From NCBI RefSeq assembly GCF_009914755.1, contig NC_060931.1: DNA of 64,000 nucleotides; one strand, 5' to 3'. Within the stretch, counting starts at the first letter, position 1; each line of letters opens with the position of its first letter. This DNA comes from the human T2T-CHM13v2.0 reference genome, Homo sapiens. This document shows, piece after piece, positions 1 through 17,620 of this stretch. Both the position numbers and the translations under genes were made by a program. Below the pieces are notes generated by a model that searched no databases, was not told the DNA's origin, and worked only from the letters and a program-made list of their open reading frames with translations.

Positions 1-850
1 GAAGGTTGGTGCTGTTAAGAATGCAGTAGAAGGGATTTATATCCTGGATGGAAGTTTGCACAAAATAGTTTTTTAAAACTCAAACTATGTAGGTTTCCTA
101 CAAGTCTTTTTTTCATTTAGCATGGGGACCAGCTGGAATCAGAAGCAGTAAATATAGCTGATCATAGAATACATTAAATACAGAAAAAAGATGCAGCTAC
201 CTGGTGTGCAATCCAACCATCTCAAATACTAAAACTTTATGTTCAGTCATAATATTTTCCTCTTGGAATGAAAACATCTGAGTGTAATAGTAAAGCAACA
301 GGGACTCACCAAAGAGTGAAGTTATCACTTGCCTGCAGAAGAGGAGACATTTAAAAGCACTCTATTCCCTGTAGCCCTCTCTATTATAAAAGTTTCATGA
401 TAAATCCATCCCCAGCTAATGCCTAGGGTGATTTAAATATATAGCAGCAGAGTCTCCAGTGGTCAATTGAGGGATAACGAGTTCTGGAACTGCCAAAGTG
501 AACAGAAATCCTCCTGGTTCAAGCTTTTTGTTTTTTTCTTTTTGAAGTGATGCACCCATCAACAGTAAGGGAGAGGAATACATGAAAAGAAAGGGAGGCT
601 GAGAGGCTGAGGGAAAGACAGAGGCTAGGCTTTTGTGATTATGGTAATCCAAATATATACCAAGTGGCATGCTGAAAAGTCCCTCTCAACAGGCAGCACA
701 CTCCCATGCTGAACATCCAAATGAAACATTTCTAATATCATCATAGTGTTGTTCATAAACACAGAAGTATATCTGGTATAAGCAAATCCTTGGATACATT
801 TTTAGAAGTGAATGATTTTGAAAATTCCAATCTAAAATCTGCCTGTTCCA

Positions 851-884
851 ACACACACACACACACACACACACTCACTCACAC
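851..884. repeat. (AC)n microsatellite
   Basis: (AC)12 followed by tcactcacac. Confidence 0.95.
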
Positions 885-1405
885 TGTGATGACTTTCCAT
901 CTCTTCACACTTGTACTTTTAAAAATATCAAAACCCTTGAATTTGGAAATCTTCCTTCCCTTCAGTTTCAGATGTCCCTTCTCCTTCCCTCTTTGAATAC
1001 AATTACCAACTACAATCAGCTTCAGAACTCCTTTCCCTTCATAACAGATTTATAATGATTAAAAAATTATTTTTCACTTGTGGAATTTTATCTGTAAGCA
1101 ACTTTAAACATGCTGTATTTAGGCATGCTTAGCACTAGGAATCTAGCGCAAGAAAAATAAAATGTAAGTCTAAAAGCTTACATACTGAGTAGTTTTACTA
1201 ATTTCTAGACTATAACTTTCTTCAAGGCAAGGAGGGCATTTGATTTATGAAAAAGTTATTTGACAGCATACATCTTTGGAGTTCAAAGAACCAAGGGTCC
1301 AAGGTAAAAACATATATAGGATCTCCTAGACCTCCTATTCTGAAGGAAAGAAAGAAAAAGAAAGGAAAAGAAAAGAAAAATATTTTGAGCACTGGACCAT
1401 AGTAG

Positions 1406-1712
<307 letters not shown>

Positions 1713-1749
1713 TCATTGTAGGTTCTTAATAAATGTCCTGTATATTTAC

Positions 1750-3660
<1,911 letters not shown>

Positions 3661-3988
3661 ATTTCATGTATTTTTTCATGTATTTTCATATATTTCATAC
3701 ACTTTCATATATTTGCATTTCTGATTATATGACCCTCAAATGATTGCTATTTCTTCCTATTCTCAGGAGAATATATATATATATTCTGCTACACACACTT
3801 GGCTCTATTATGAACTTCTAAAAAATGTCTCATACCTAACATATGTTACCACCAGAGTGGCTGCAAGACAGGGCAAGACTAAAGGCCCTTGGTCTGGGAA
3901 ACAGGCCAGGTTGGTGGGTCAGAAAGAGAGTATGATGTGAAGGATAAGAGGTTATGAGTGGCAAAGTTCAGAGAGGATAGTTGGAAAG

Positions 3989-3990
<2 letters not shown>

Positions 3991-4028
<38 letters not shown>
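3991..4028. repeat. (GT)19 microsatellite
   Basis: Perfect dinucleotide run. Confidence 0.97.
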
Positions 4029-4029
<1 letters not shown>

Positions 4030-4431
4030 GGAATCCAGAGGGCATGATTAGATCTAGGCCTGGGTGTCTCTGATACTAAGGTTGGCAGACTAGTGAAACA
4101 CATGTAGGCAGAAACAGACTAAGCATACAGGTAAATTCAAACTGAACTTAAGGGAACAAGCAGAGGACTTACCAAGATGAGGAGCCCCATACAACACAGT
4201 GTCCAGTACCCACGGGAGACACATAGCACCATAACTGCTTGTCAATTTTGAGGTTGGCTCATTTGCTCCCCAGTGGCTGGTGATTTGAGAACTGATCTTC
4301 TGTGGGTTCCTTAGAGTTCTAGCATCCATTATTTCCAAGTAGCTTTGTTGATCCTCAATCTTGTTCCTGTGGTGCAACACCTGGATGTCATGGTGGAATC
4401 TCATGAAATGCTGATATGACAAAACATATAA

Positions 4432-4752
<321 letters not shown>

Positions 4753-5053
4753 TCATCTTATTTTTATACAGACATTCAGTAGTATGTGTCAAAGATTTAA
4801 GAAGAATTTATGAGATAAAAGCTTAGTAAGGAAAGCTTATCATTATCTTAGCTCTTTGTTCTGTGAAAGTGGGAAAAAAATCATCATCTTTCCATTTTTC
4901 ATTAGTGGAATGCTTTGATTTAATGTGTATAACCCTGGGGTTCTGTGCAAGCAGATGTTGAGAACACCTGGAGTGGATGGTGCATTCTGTTTTCTTAAAA
5001 GTAAACTTTTTAGTGAAATGTAGCATATGATGTATTTATATATTATGTTATAA

Positions 5054-5653
<600 letters not shown>

Positions 5654-6260
5654 GAAAAGTGCCCATATCACAAGGGTACAGCTTGACGAATTTTTATAAA
5701 CTGAACACATTCATGAAAGCAGCACATTAAGAAGAAGATTAAGCAGCACATTATCAACAGCATCTAAAAGCCCCTTGTGCTGCCTTCCTTACAGTCAACA
5801 ACTGCTTCCCAAGGCTAACCACTGTCCTAACTCTTAACATCATGGGTTACTTTGTCCTGTTGTTGTAAATCATATAAATGAAATTTTAGGATATCTTTTT
5901 TTTTTTTTTTTTGGAGACGGAGTCTTGCTCTGTCACCCAGGCTGGAGTGCAGTGGTACCATCTCGGCTCACTGCAAGCTCTGCCTCCCGCGTTCACGCCA
6001 TTCTCCTGCCTCAGCCTCCTGAGTAGCTGGGACTACAGGCACATGCCACCACGCCCGGCTAATTTTTTTGTATTTTTAGTAGAGATGGGGTTTCACCATG
6101 TTAGCCAGGATGGTCTCGATCTCCTGACCTCGTGATCCACCCGCCTCGGCCTCCCAAAGTGCTGGGATTACAGGTGTGAGCCACCGCACCCGGCCTAAAT
6201 TTTAGGATATCTTTTGTGTTTGATTGCCTTAGCTCAATATTGTGCATTCTTTTAAATTCC
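5654..6260 (-). mobile_element. Old L1M (L1MC/L1ME-like) 3' end fragment, interrupted by AluY
   Basis: aaaagtgcccatatcacaagggtacagcttgacgaatttt is typical antisense L1M 3' UTR. Confidence 0.65.
5896..6195 (-). mobile_element. AluY SINE
   Basis: Y-diagnostic gcaagctc, ttcacgccattctcc and ttagccaggatggtctcgatc; TSD aaattttaggatatc. Confidence 0.96.
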
Positions 6261-6329
6261 TTTAAATTTGTGGTGTAAGTCTTTAAGTAAATGCTTCCAC
6301 TTTTTCATCTTTCCACCCCAGAACTCTCT

Positions 6330-6379
6330 TACACACATACACACACACGCACACACATGCACACACATATGCACACACA
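6330..6379. repeat. Degenerate (CA)n tract
   Basis: acacacatacacacacacgcacacacatgc... Confidence 0.85.
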
Positions 6380-6871
6380 GTGCAAACATAATGAATATTT
6401 TTCAGTTTGATTTTCAATCTGATGTACAATGCATATGTAAAAATAGTAAAAATCGCATAGGATGTTCAATATACTAAATTAGTTGGAATTGTCAGCGCTT
6501 CCATTTGTCTCCTGCTTACCAAGTTTCCCTGGTTTAATTTCCACTAGATCTGAGTTATCGGGGGTAGGTCATCTTTTAATATTATTATGGAGGACAGTGA
6601 CTGGTTTCAAACAATTACTGATGAATCATCGATAGCTACATCTATATTAAGCAGATCTTTCCTGAGTTTTAATTTAGTCAATTCCCCAGCTCTGCCCTAG
6701 AGTAATGAGGATCTTGCTGCACAGTCTTCTTTTTCTCAACTCCAAAGACTTTTCTTCACTTATTAACTGCCTCATGGTTCACTAGTATCTAGAAAATCTC
6801 CTATTTCTCAAGCTGCTTGATAGTCTAACATTTCACCCATTAAGCATATGTTTTTAGAGTTTCCCTGCTTT

Positions 6872-7135
6872 AGCCAGGCACAGTGGCTCATTCCTGTAAT
6901 TGAGGCTGAGGCTAAGGATCCTTTGAGGCCAAGAGTTTGAGACCAGCCTGGTCTCAATATAGTGAAACTCCTGTCTCTAAAAATATTTTTTTAAAAAATT
7001 GGTTGGGCATGATGGTGTGCACCTGTTGTTCCAACTACTCAGGAGGCTGAGGCTGGAGGATCACTTAAGCCCAGGAGTTGGAGGCTGCAGTGAGCTATGA
7101 TCATGCCACTGCACTCTGTGTCTAAAACTTAAAAA
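6872..7135 (+). mobile_element. AluJ with internal deletions
   Basis: J-type ggaggatcacttaagcccaggagttggaggctgcagtgagctatgatc; degenerate TSD agagtttccctgcttt/agaatttcccggcttt. Confidence 0.9.
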
Positions 7136-7906
7136 AGAATTTCCCGGCTTTGATTCTTGCTTCCCTACCCAATTTAGGAGGATTCTTGAAAATAATAAAG
7201 GGAAACTTAAAGGCATTTCTCGTACTTGAGCACATGCACTTGTGAATCTTATAAACAGTCCTCTGGTAAGAAGGCATCTTTCAAGGTCTTTTCACTTATA
7301 GCTGTACTGTTAGTATGATTATTTGCAAACCATTTTCAAAAGAGAACTCTCCATTTATCCCTAGAGAGGGGATCAGCTTACCTCAGATTGCTATGCTTTT
7401 GCATTTGACTTTGTTTCAAACTCAAAAACAAAATATTGGTTCAGTATGGTTAGCTTTCTCCTTCTAGCTTTGAAAGCACTCACAAGGAATTATTGGTAGA
7501 AAGGTAAATGACACTAGGCTTTTTGCACTCTCAAAAGTAATTTTTTTTCCTTGGTGCAGGGACCTGTCAGTATCATTAACCGGATATAAACTTCTTATTG
7601 GCCTTCTTGGGACTCAAATGCTGTACTATTCATCGAGTAAGAGCTTAGTAAACTTGAAGAGAATAAATGAATACATTGATATAAAAGCCTTTTATGTTTA
7701 AGTGTTTTTAAATCTAATAGTGATTCTAAAAAAGAGAGGGGTAAATGATGTGTATTTTGCTCTAAGATTTCCAAGGGTTTCTGATTGTATGACGGATACT
7801 TAAGAGTAGAGTTTGCTATGAAGCGTATTATTAATGGGTAATTTCTTTGCAATCTGATCTGAGAACAACAATAAAGTTTCATAGCCTTTAGCAGAGTTGT
7901 AGTTTA

Positions 7907-8285
<379 letters not shown>

Positions 8286-8604
8286 CTAAGCTACCTTCCT
8301 TGCTACACCTTTACAGACGGGGAAGTTGAAATAGAGAACTTGGAAATGACTTCTTCTGTTCCCCTGCTGACAGCTCTGGGGCTTTCACTCCATCCCCACA
8401 TTAAGGACTCTGGCTAGACTGGACCATTGTTCTCCAGAGGTTGTCAGTGTATTGACTACTTATATTACTCTACATGTTCCTGGTAGAGAAATCACTGATA
8501 TCAAAGGGTAGTTTCATTTACCTCAACATTTAGGGTTATTCTAACCTTTTCCAATGAGCTTCTATTTCAACGTTCATAACATACATTTAAAAATTCATCC
8601 AATT

Positions 8605-9160
<556 letters not shown>

Positions 9161-9689
9161 CATGAAGAAAAACAAAAGAAATTCTGGGTTGATGTATTTT
9201 GTGTGAATAGAGAACTTGATCTAAGGTTAAGAAAACCAGAAAATTCTGATGGTAAGAACACTGAATGGGAAGTCTGGAAAGCCAGCTTCCTCCAGCACCA
9301 GCTTCTTCTTGGCTGTGCGGTTAACTGGCTGTATGACCTGGGCAAGTCATGTCACCCCTCTTGGCCCTGGATTCTTCACCCATGAAAGAAGGGATAGGGA
9401 GTTATACCCAAAGTCCCTCAGACTCTGGGATCTGCAAATCCTAAGATTCGAGGTAGCTTTATGCACTATGTCTACCACACAGAATATGTATTGAATGAAA
9501 TTCCTAAGTTCTACCCCATTCTAATCAGAACTAGGTTACAGGTTAATAAAACTGATTTCAAGAGGCATAGGCAATGCAGACTGCCCAGTGACCTCCTTTC
9601 CTTTTAGGAAAATACATATGTATAATTGATTGTGTTTCATGCATTTTATTTAGCTATTAAAATAATATTGTAGATAGATATGACTCTTC

Positions 9690-9820
9690 TCATTTACAGA
9701 TAACAAGACTGGGGCTCACAGAAGTTAAGTAATTTGCCATCATGACACACATTAAAAGTGGTGGTGGTGGGATTTGAACCTGAGTCTGTGTGAGGCCAAC
9801 ATCTGACTTCTTCCCACTAT
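9690..9820 (-). mobile_element. MIR SINE
   Basis: catttacagataacaagactggggctcacagaagttaagtaatttgcc...gggatttgaacc is the MIR core. Confidence 0.75.
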
Positions 9821-10542
9821 GCTATTTGAAAGTAAATTTCTGTTAGAGAGAATCCTGACTATGTAGGAAAATACACTGTGAAGATGACTTCCACTTAGGC
9901 AAAGGTCATCTTCCGCATCCACCACCAAGCCCCTGACTCATGCTATTTCCTGCCCTGCTCCCCCGTCTTAGTTCTCCAAACTATACCATTCTCTGCTCTA
10001 GGAGCCCCAGCTCAGGTTGCTGAGTGAAAAAAAAAGGGAACTAGGGCAAGAACTAGTAGAGTTGATAAAGTTTTCTTCAGAAACCACTTTGTCAACCTGA
10101 CTGCCTCTGCTTTTGTCTGAAACCAGCATGGAAGCTTCCCACTACTGAGACTAGAAACAGAAATCCCATCCTGTTTCATGAGTTTTCAACCAGAAATATC
10201 ACCCGGCATGCGTTTCTCTCTTCTACCTTTTCTCCCTGGTCTGTCAAAGCCCCTTTCCTGGTCACAGGTATTGCTTGACAGATGGGCCTGTTAGCAGGCC
10301 CTCACTGGCCTCTGATTTACAAAACTTGTTTAGTTGCAAGCAACACTGATCTATTCAAGTAAGCTCAGGAAAGATAGTTTACATGAGGATTAATGTGAAT
10401 GTTCGCAGAATCCCAAGAGCATAGTGGAAACAGGGCCAGAACTCAAAGTCCAGAACGGGAGGGTGTTTCTGGATCTAAGGTGGTCCCAATGGCCCAAGGA
10501 CTGGGAGTTTATGGATCTTTACTCTGGTGTTCCACCAGTGGT

Positions 10543-10553
10543 ATGACTCAGCA
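10543..10553 (+). promoter_or_regulatory. Consensus ARE / NF-E2-MAF motif ATGACTCAGCA
   Basis: Exact match to RTGASTCAGCA; motif only, no functional data. Confidence 0.4.
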
Positions 10554-10593
10554 ACCTGGGTATCTGTTCTTCTTTGTCTCTGATTGAAACTAG

Positions 10594-10907
<314 letters not shown>

Positions 10908-10962
10908 AATGCACTTATTCTTTTTAAAATCTACTTTATCCTTTAAAAATTCATACTTTTTT

Positions 10963-11256
<294 letters not shown>

Positions 11257-11850
11257 TTTCATACTTTTTGCTTAATCATAATTTCAGTTTGCCAAGATCC
11301 CTCACAGCCCCTTCTCTCCCTCCCCTCATAACCCTAACACTGCCTCAAGGCTTCTGTTTATGCATCCTTTGAGTTTCTACTCCTCCTGTTAATTTCCTAT
11401 ATTTCTACATGTTTCCAAAATAAAATTCCCAAAGAATTGTCCCAGATTATCCTTCATGCAAACAATGTTAATTGCCCCCAGACTCCAAGTATGCACAGAT
11501 CAAGGTTGGATGCTGACTCAGGGTAGACCATTTATTGGCTACTTATGTCATAGCCTGGAATGAAAATAGGAGTCGGGCCATCAGCTGGAGAGGAATTGAC
11601 TCCAACTAGATAGGTCTTGGCATCATCACTGACCTCCTTTTTATGACTACTATTGACCCATTTGGAGCAGCTTTATCACAATGTGAAACCTGCCGCTCAC
11701 TAGTTCTGCTAGATGCATGTTGGAAGCACTGACTCAGGTTAATCCAACCTGTACAAGTTTCTGAGGCAGGTCTTCTTGGAGCCTTCAGTATGGTAAAGTG
11801 TATTCTAAATTAGCAAGCAGAGGATAAGGAATGCGGTGTGTTTCGCTCTA

Positions 11851-12573
11851 TGTAGCAGATGCTGTCAGCACCACATCCATGTCCTCTCAGCACATACCTG
11901 TACACTTTGAAGGCTGCTTTCTATGAACACCTGCAATTCTTTGCCTGAAGCCTTTTTTTTTTTCTTTTTCAGGGTGGTGGTGGGGGCCGATGGGAGTCCA
12001 CTCAACCTGTTAACAGGTAAGCTGAAAGAACAAGACAGTTAATGTCCCTCACCTCAAAAGCAGTGTTCAACCAAAGATGGACAGGCAGGTGGCAGATAAG
12101 TTTCCCAGTTGCCTCTCAGATAGGAAACTGAAGCATGTTCCCCGATGCTTTCCAGAGTTCCCCAGGAGGGCAGAATTCCTCCTATGAGCTGTCTTCACTG
12201 TGGAGCTGTCAATGAGCTGGCAGAGACTTTGCCCGCTCTGCCCGATGGTCTGACAGTTCTTCCTCTCCAGGCCTGCTTCCCCCTTCTCCTCTTTCACAGG
12301 TGTTACTCTCCAGTGGAACTTTGACACTTCTAACTCCATCTCAATCTGCTTCTGACCCAACTGACCGAAAAGTGCCTATATCACAAAAATTAGGGCTGAG
12401 TTCCTGCTGCTGGGAGTGGAAACTGACTTGGTCAAACTCCTCATACTGGCTACCTTCCCCTCCTGGCCTCACTTCCCCACTCTTTTATTGGTGTTTCCCG
12501 GAATCGCCTCCTAAACTATTTGCACTTCAATCTTTGACTCAGGCCCGATTTCTAGGGAAACCCACACCAAGAC
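11851..12573 (+). mobile_element. ERVL LTR16C-like solo LTR, interrupted by a 217-bp foreign insert
   Basis: Starts tgtagcagatgctgtc and ends aaactatttgcac...gggaaacccacaccaagac; colinearity breaks at 12170-12391. Confidence 0.72.
12170..12386 (+). repeat. Dispersed direct duplicate of 5457-5673
   Basis: Ungapped manual alignment, about 22 mismatches in 217 bp (~90% identity). Confidence 0.93.
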
Positions 12574-13404
12574 CCTCCCTTTATTGTGGGTGGTGGGGGG
12601 AGTGGGGGGGAGGTGAGCACATCTTTTAACATCTAACAGGCCCGGAGAAATATTGACCTAGTGTACACAGGAGCTAGGGAAAACTACCTTTATCTCAAAC
12701 AAGTTAAATTTCCTGAGACTTGTTGACGATAAAATGGAGAGCACACGCATTCCTGATTCAAGGTGTTCTTCATTGATAGCATTCCCACACATATAAGGAT
12801 ATGTGGATCTCAGACGTGTAACCACTCCATTTTGGTTTTACCTCTTTGTTACTCTCTCCCTGAAATATGGTTTACATTGCATCCTTTTATATTACTGTAT
12901 TTCACAAGGAAGACATAGTAGAACATTTTTCTCAGCATGACTGTAAATCCTAATTGTTTTTGAGCCTGGCTCATCTTAGGTGTCATTGTGGGGACTCCAT
13001 GAGTTACCACAAACATCTTTGTGATGTTAATAGATGATACAGCTTGATATGTCAGTATAAGAATTTTCTCCATCATAAGATTTAGAATTAAAAGGGGTTT
13101 TCAAGACTATATATATTATCCAAGCTTTCAACTAATAGGTTTCTAACCATTTTATTATGCTGATCTCCAGATTTATAATCATGTATTGTTATTAATTTAT
13201 GAGATGATTTTATGTATGGTCTTTCAGGTGCTTTTTATTTGTGAAAATAAAAATAAGTATATTTTTAGGAAAGCTGGAGCACCTAATGGATATAATAATA
13301 TCCTACAGTTGTTAGGCAATTTAAGATCTTTTCAGCTGATTGTAGCATAACTTTAAATGGCCTTAAATTGAGATACGTATCCAACTTGTTCACCTGGACA
13401 AATT

Positions 13405-14240
<836 letters not shown>

Positions 14241-14439
14241 CACCAGTCAGGTTAGCTTCCATCGCCCACACTGTTTGTCTTGGGATAACCAGAGTAAACG
14301 AGCAGCGGCTCTTAAAACACTTTCTGTAATGTCTAAAGAAACACAACCCATAAAAGGTTTAGCAATGACAAACTACTGTGTTATGACTTTAAAATGGTTA
14401 CTGAGCATCACGCAGTGTTCAACATTGCTACTGTGAAGT

Positions 14440-14660
14440 TTGGTATGGTAAGGAGAGAGGCAGATTTGGAGAGAGAAGACCTAAATGTGTTCCTGGACTT
14501 CAACGATTACCTGTTTGACCTTAAGTAATGAATCAGCTTTTCTGGATCTTAGTTTTATCATCTGTAAAATAGAGATTTGTCTACCTCAGAATTTGCTGTG
14601 AGGATTCAATACAATGTGATGCAAAGGAAAGTGCGTTGTAAATTACTAAGTGGTTCATAC
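14440..14660 (+). mobile_element. MIR SINE
   Basis: ttagttttatcatctgtaaaatagag...gtgaggatt core. Confidence 0.7.
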
Positions 14661-14679
14661 ATGAGGGAGATTTAATTAA

Positions 14680-14912
14680 ATTAATGAATTTTAATTGGTA
14701 AATAAAAGTTGTATGCATTTATGGTGTGCAACATGACATTCAAAATATGTATACATTGTGGAATGGCTAAATCAAGCCGATTAACATATCCATGGCTTCA
14801 CATACTTATTTATTTGTGGTGAGAACACTTAAAATCTATTCTCTTTCCAATTTTCAAGTGTATAGTACATTGTTATTAACTATAGTCACCCTGTGGTATA
14901 GAGATGTTTTGA
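14680..14912 (-). mobile_element. L1MA 3' end fragment
   Basis: tatgtatacattgtggaatggctaaatcaagc...gtggtgagaacacttaaaatcta is characteristic L1MA 3' UTR. Confidence 0.85.
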
Positions 14913-15680
14913 AAGAGGAGCAATAATGTGCCATTTATCCAAGCAAAAATCTCCACACCAGTCTTGGCAGTAGACCTGCAGAGGCTCTAAGGGAAAACAG
15001 CTGGAAGGATTACAGCTAATGAGCAGGCTTTTCAATGAAACAAAGCTGATTTAGTAACAACCCAAACAAAGTTAGTCTCTTCAGGCATTTTTTTTTTAAG
15101 TTAATAAGTTCAGGAGGGAGTTTAGATGTGCAAATGTGGTTACCTGGGCTTAAAAGTGATCAGGTGAACAGGAGTATATTGGTTCTAATTAAGGAGCACT
15201 TGACTTGTATTTTAACATAGTTAAAGCTGAAATCCAAAGCGCTTCATTTCTACAGCAGGCTTGCCTCTTCATTATAGCAAAATCTTCACTCAGTTCTGTT
15301 ACCTCATTAGAAAGCTTAGTCATCTATACAACATTCTCACTCACTCACACCTGCATATTTCCTATACCTCCAAATGGCCTACCAGGAAAATATCTTTTTT
15401 CCTAATTAAGTTACTGTGATCTCAGTTTCTCTTCCCACACCCTCAGCACTTCAGAGCTTGAATTATTCATTTCCAGCCTCAGTGCTGGGCTCCAGCTGCT
15501 CATATTGAAGAAGGCTCTGTTGACCTTGAGCTTGAGAATTTGTATGTGTTATAATACAGATGTCATTAAAATATAAAATTTACCTGCTGAGAACAACATT
15601 ATACTATTTATGAAACCATATAATTTCAATAACTAAACTCAGCAAGATTTTATTGCTCTTTCCACCTGCAATCACAGAAG

Positions 15681-15691
15681 TGCTGACTCAT
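15681..15691 (-). promoter_or_regulatory. Consensus ARE / NF-E2-MAF motif (TGCTGACTCAT)
   Basis: Exact motif in unique sequence; motif only. Confidence 0.4.
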
Positions 15692-17359
15692 CACTTGAGA
15701 ACCACAGCTCACCAATGCGCAGCTTCACTAAAAATCTGCAATGAGTCTTATTTTTTCATCATCTCTATGTAACCTTTTTTTTTGTGGCAGTTATACAGCC
15801 CCCTTCTAAAAGGTTATAATTAATTAAAGGCTCAAATTAACACCAGGAAAACTTTCATGTCACAAAATCTTCAGTGCCTCCGTGGTTAGAAAGAGCTATA
15901 TTTTTAATACCATGATGATAAATTAAAATTCAGGAATGTCTTTAAAATTTTTTATAGGTATTTTAACAGTCAATTTCACCTTCTCTGAAGATAGACTAAA
16001 AGGAGCCTTCTTTGATGTACTGAATTTCCTTATCTCCCACTCTGGCTTATTTATTTTACTTTATGTTATATACAGATACACACACATGCACAATTTTCTT
16101 CGAGATATCAGTCCTTTTTGATCAGAATGCTTAAGTAATTTTGTAATTCTCTTAAGGGTCTTTAGACATAGTCATATGACCATTTATAGTGCATTTCATC
16201 TTGATCCCCTCCTCCCAAAAATTGAGGGGAAATAAAGGCTTGCCTCATGGAAATGGACAAATAATTTACCCAATTCCATTTTCACTTTGAACCACAGTTG
16301 ATATCAATATAGTTAAAAGTGAGATGAAGGTATGAGAACAGCAGAAAACATTAATTGTACGTACACGGGATACCGCTCTGTTTATGTGTCACCAACAATT
16401 GCAGAAGCATGGCAATGGCCTGTGAAGTGTCCTCCCGACTCCAACTGTGGTACGAGTGTGTGCACAGAAAGTGAACATTCTTAGAATTCACAATCGCTAA
16501 TGCCATTCTTATCTGTAGAAGTATTACATCATTTACACATTTTTACTAAGCTGTTAGCCTCAATCATGCCCCGAAGCAGTTATTTCCACAGGTTAATGAT
16601 GTATTATATAAAGAACGATTTCCTTTTTATTCTTGGAGAATTTGCCTTTTAATTTCATTTAGCAACCATTTTGTCTTACATGATGGAATGTTGTAGGCTT
16701 AAATTAACTCTCCAAAGATTGAAAAAAATCGATGTCTGTTAGCTGCGCTTTGAACTATACTTAAACCTTACAAATGGAATTTTCTATTTTCTTTTAAAGG
16801 GGAGGATTATAAAGAATATTTGATTATTTTGGTAAAAACAGGCTTCCCTTAGTAAAAGAGATAGTATGTTATGAATGACGTTTATAACCTAATATTATTT
16901 AGATAAGGTGGAAAAAAAGCCCCCCCAAACCCAGCAGGACCTCAATGATGGAAGCAAATCTGGAAAATAAGGAAATCTGATAAAACATAAGCCCACCATT
17001 TTTGCCTTGTGGTGTGGGTGTTGTCCTTACCTGCTGGAAAACACTGGCAAGTCTGTTCAGTGAGAGGCAGCCGAAGAAGGCTAGCAAATAGATTTATTAA
17101 TCATTTCAGGAAAAATGAAGAATGCCTTTAAAGACAACACCCTCTTCTTGGCTTCACAGAATCTTTTTAGGTTTTACTGTTAATAAGATTAAACAGGAGA
17201 TGAGCAGTAAAGATATTGAAGCAGAGTTTTTTTTATAAGAAAAAGTACACATTAAGAATCGGGCTCCCCCACCACTTAGCTCAGCACTGTGTTCACATTC
17301 TTCTATTCAGATTTTTTTACTGCTGTTTGCTTAGGGGAAAAAGTCCCTGTTGAAAGAAT

Positions 17360-17620
17360 GCGGGCCGGAGTACATTAGTCACCTTTCCAGTGCTGTTTCT
17401 GTGGGACGGGGCCACGTATCCCTCCCAACTCTGTAAGTTCTCTGCTAGTCAGGGCTGGAGACTGCTGCTGGCAGAAACCCAATCTTCTCCTTGCAAATAA
17501 AGGAGCCATCTGACAACGCTGTATTTGTTGGGGCCTCTTCTGAACCAATCAGAGACTGCCCTTGACCGACGGGAGGAGGAGAAGTTTATAATAGGATCAG
17601 TTTTGTTTGCAATTTGTTTC
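17360..17620 (+). promoter_or_regulatory. Candidate promoter-like or enhancer module (CCAAT, GC-rich box, TATA-like)
   Basis: AACCAATCAG at 17543-17552, gggaggagg at ~17571, TATAAT at 17587; local CpG retention. Confidence 0.3.

Noticed and set aside
9880-9913. 9-bp inverted repeat gaagatgac/gtcatcttc (and gggcctg/caggccc at ~10283-10300) as possible miRNA or terminator hairpins
   Set aside because: Stems are too short for a pre-miRNA and are expected by chance
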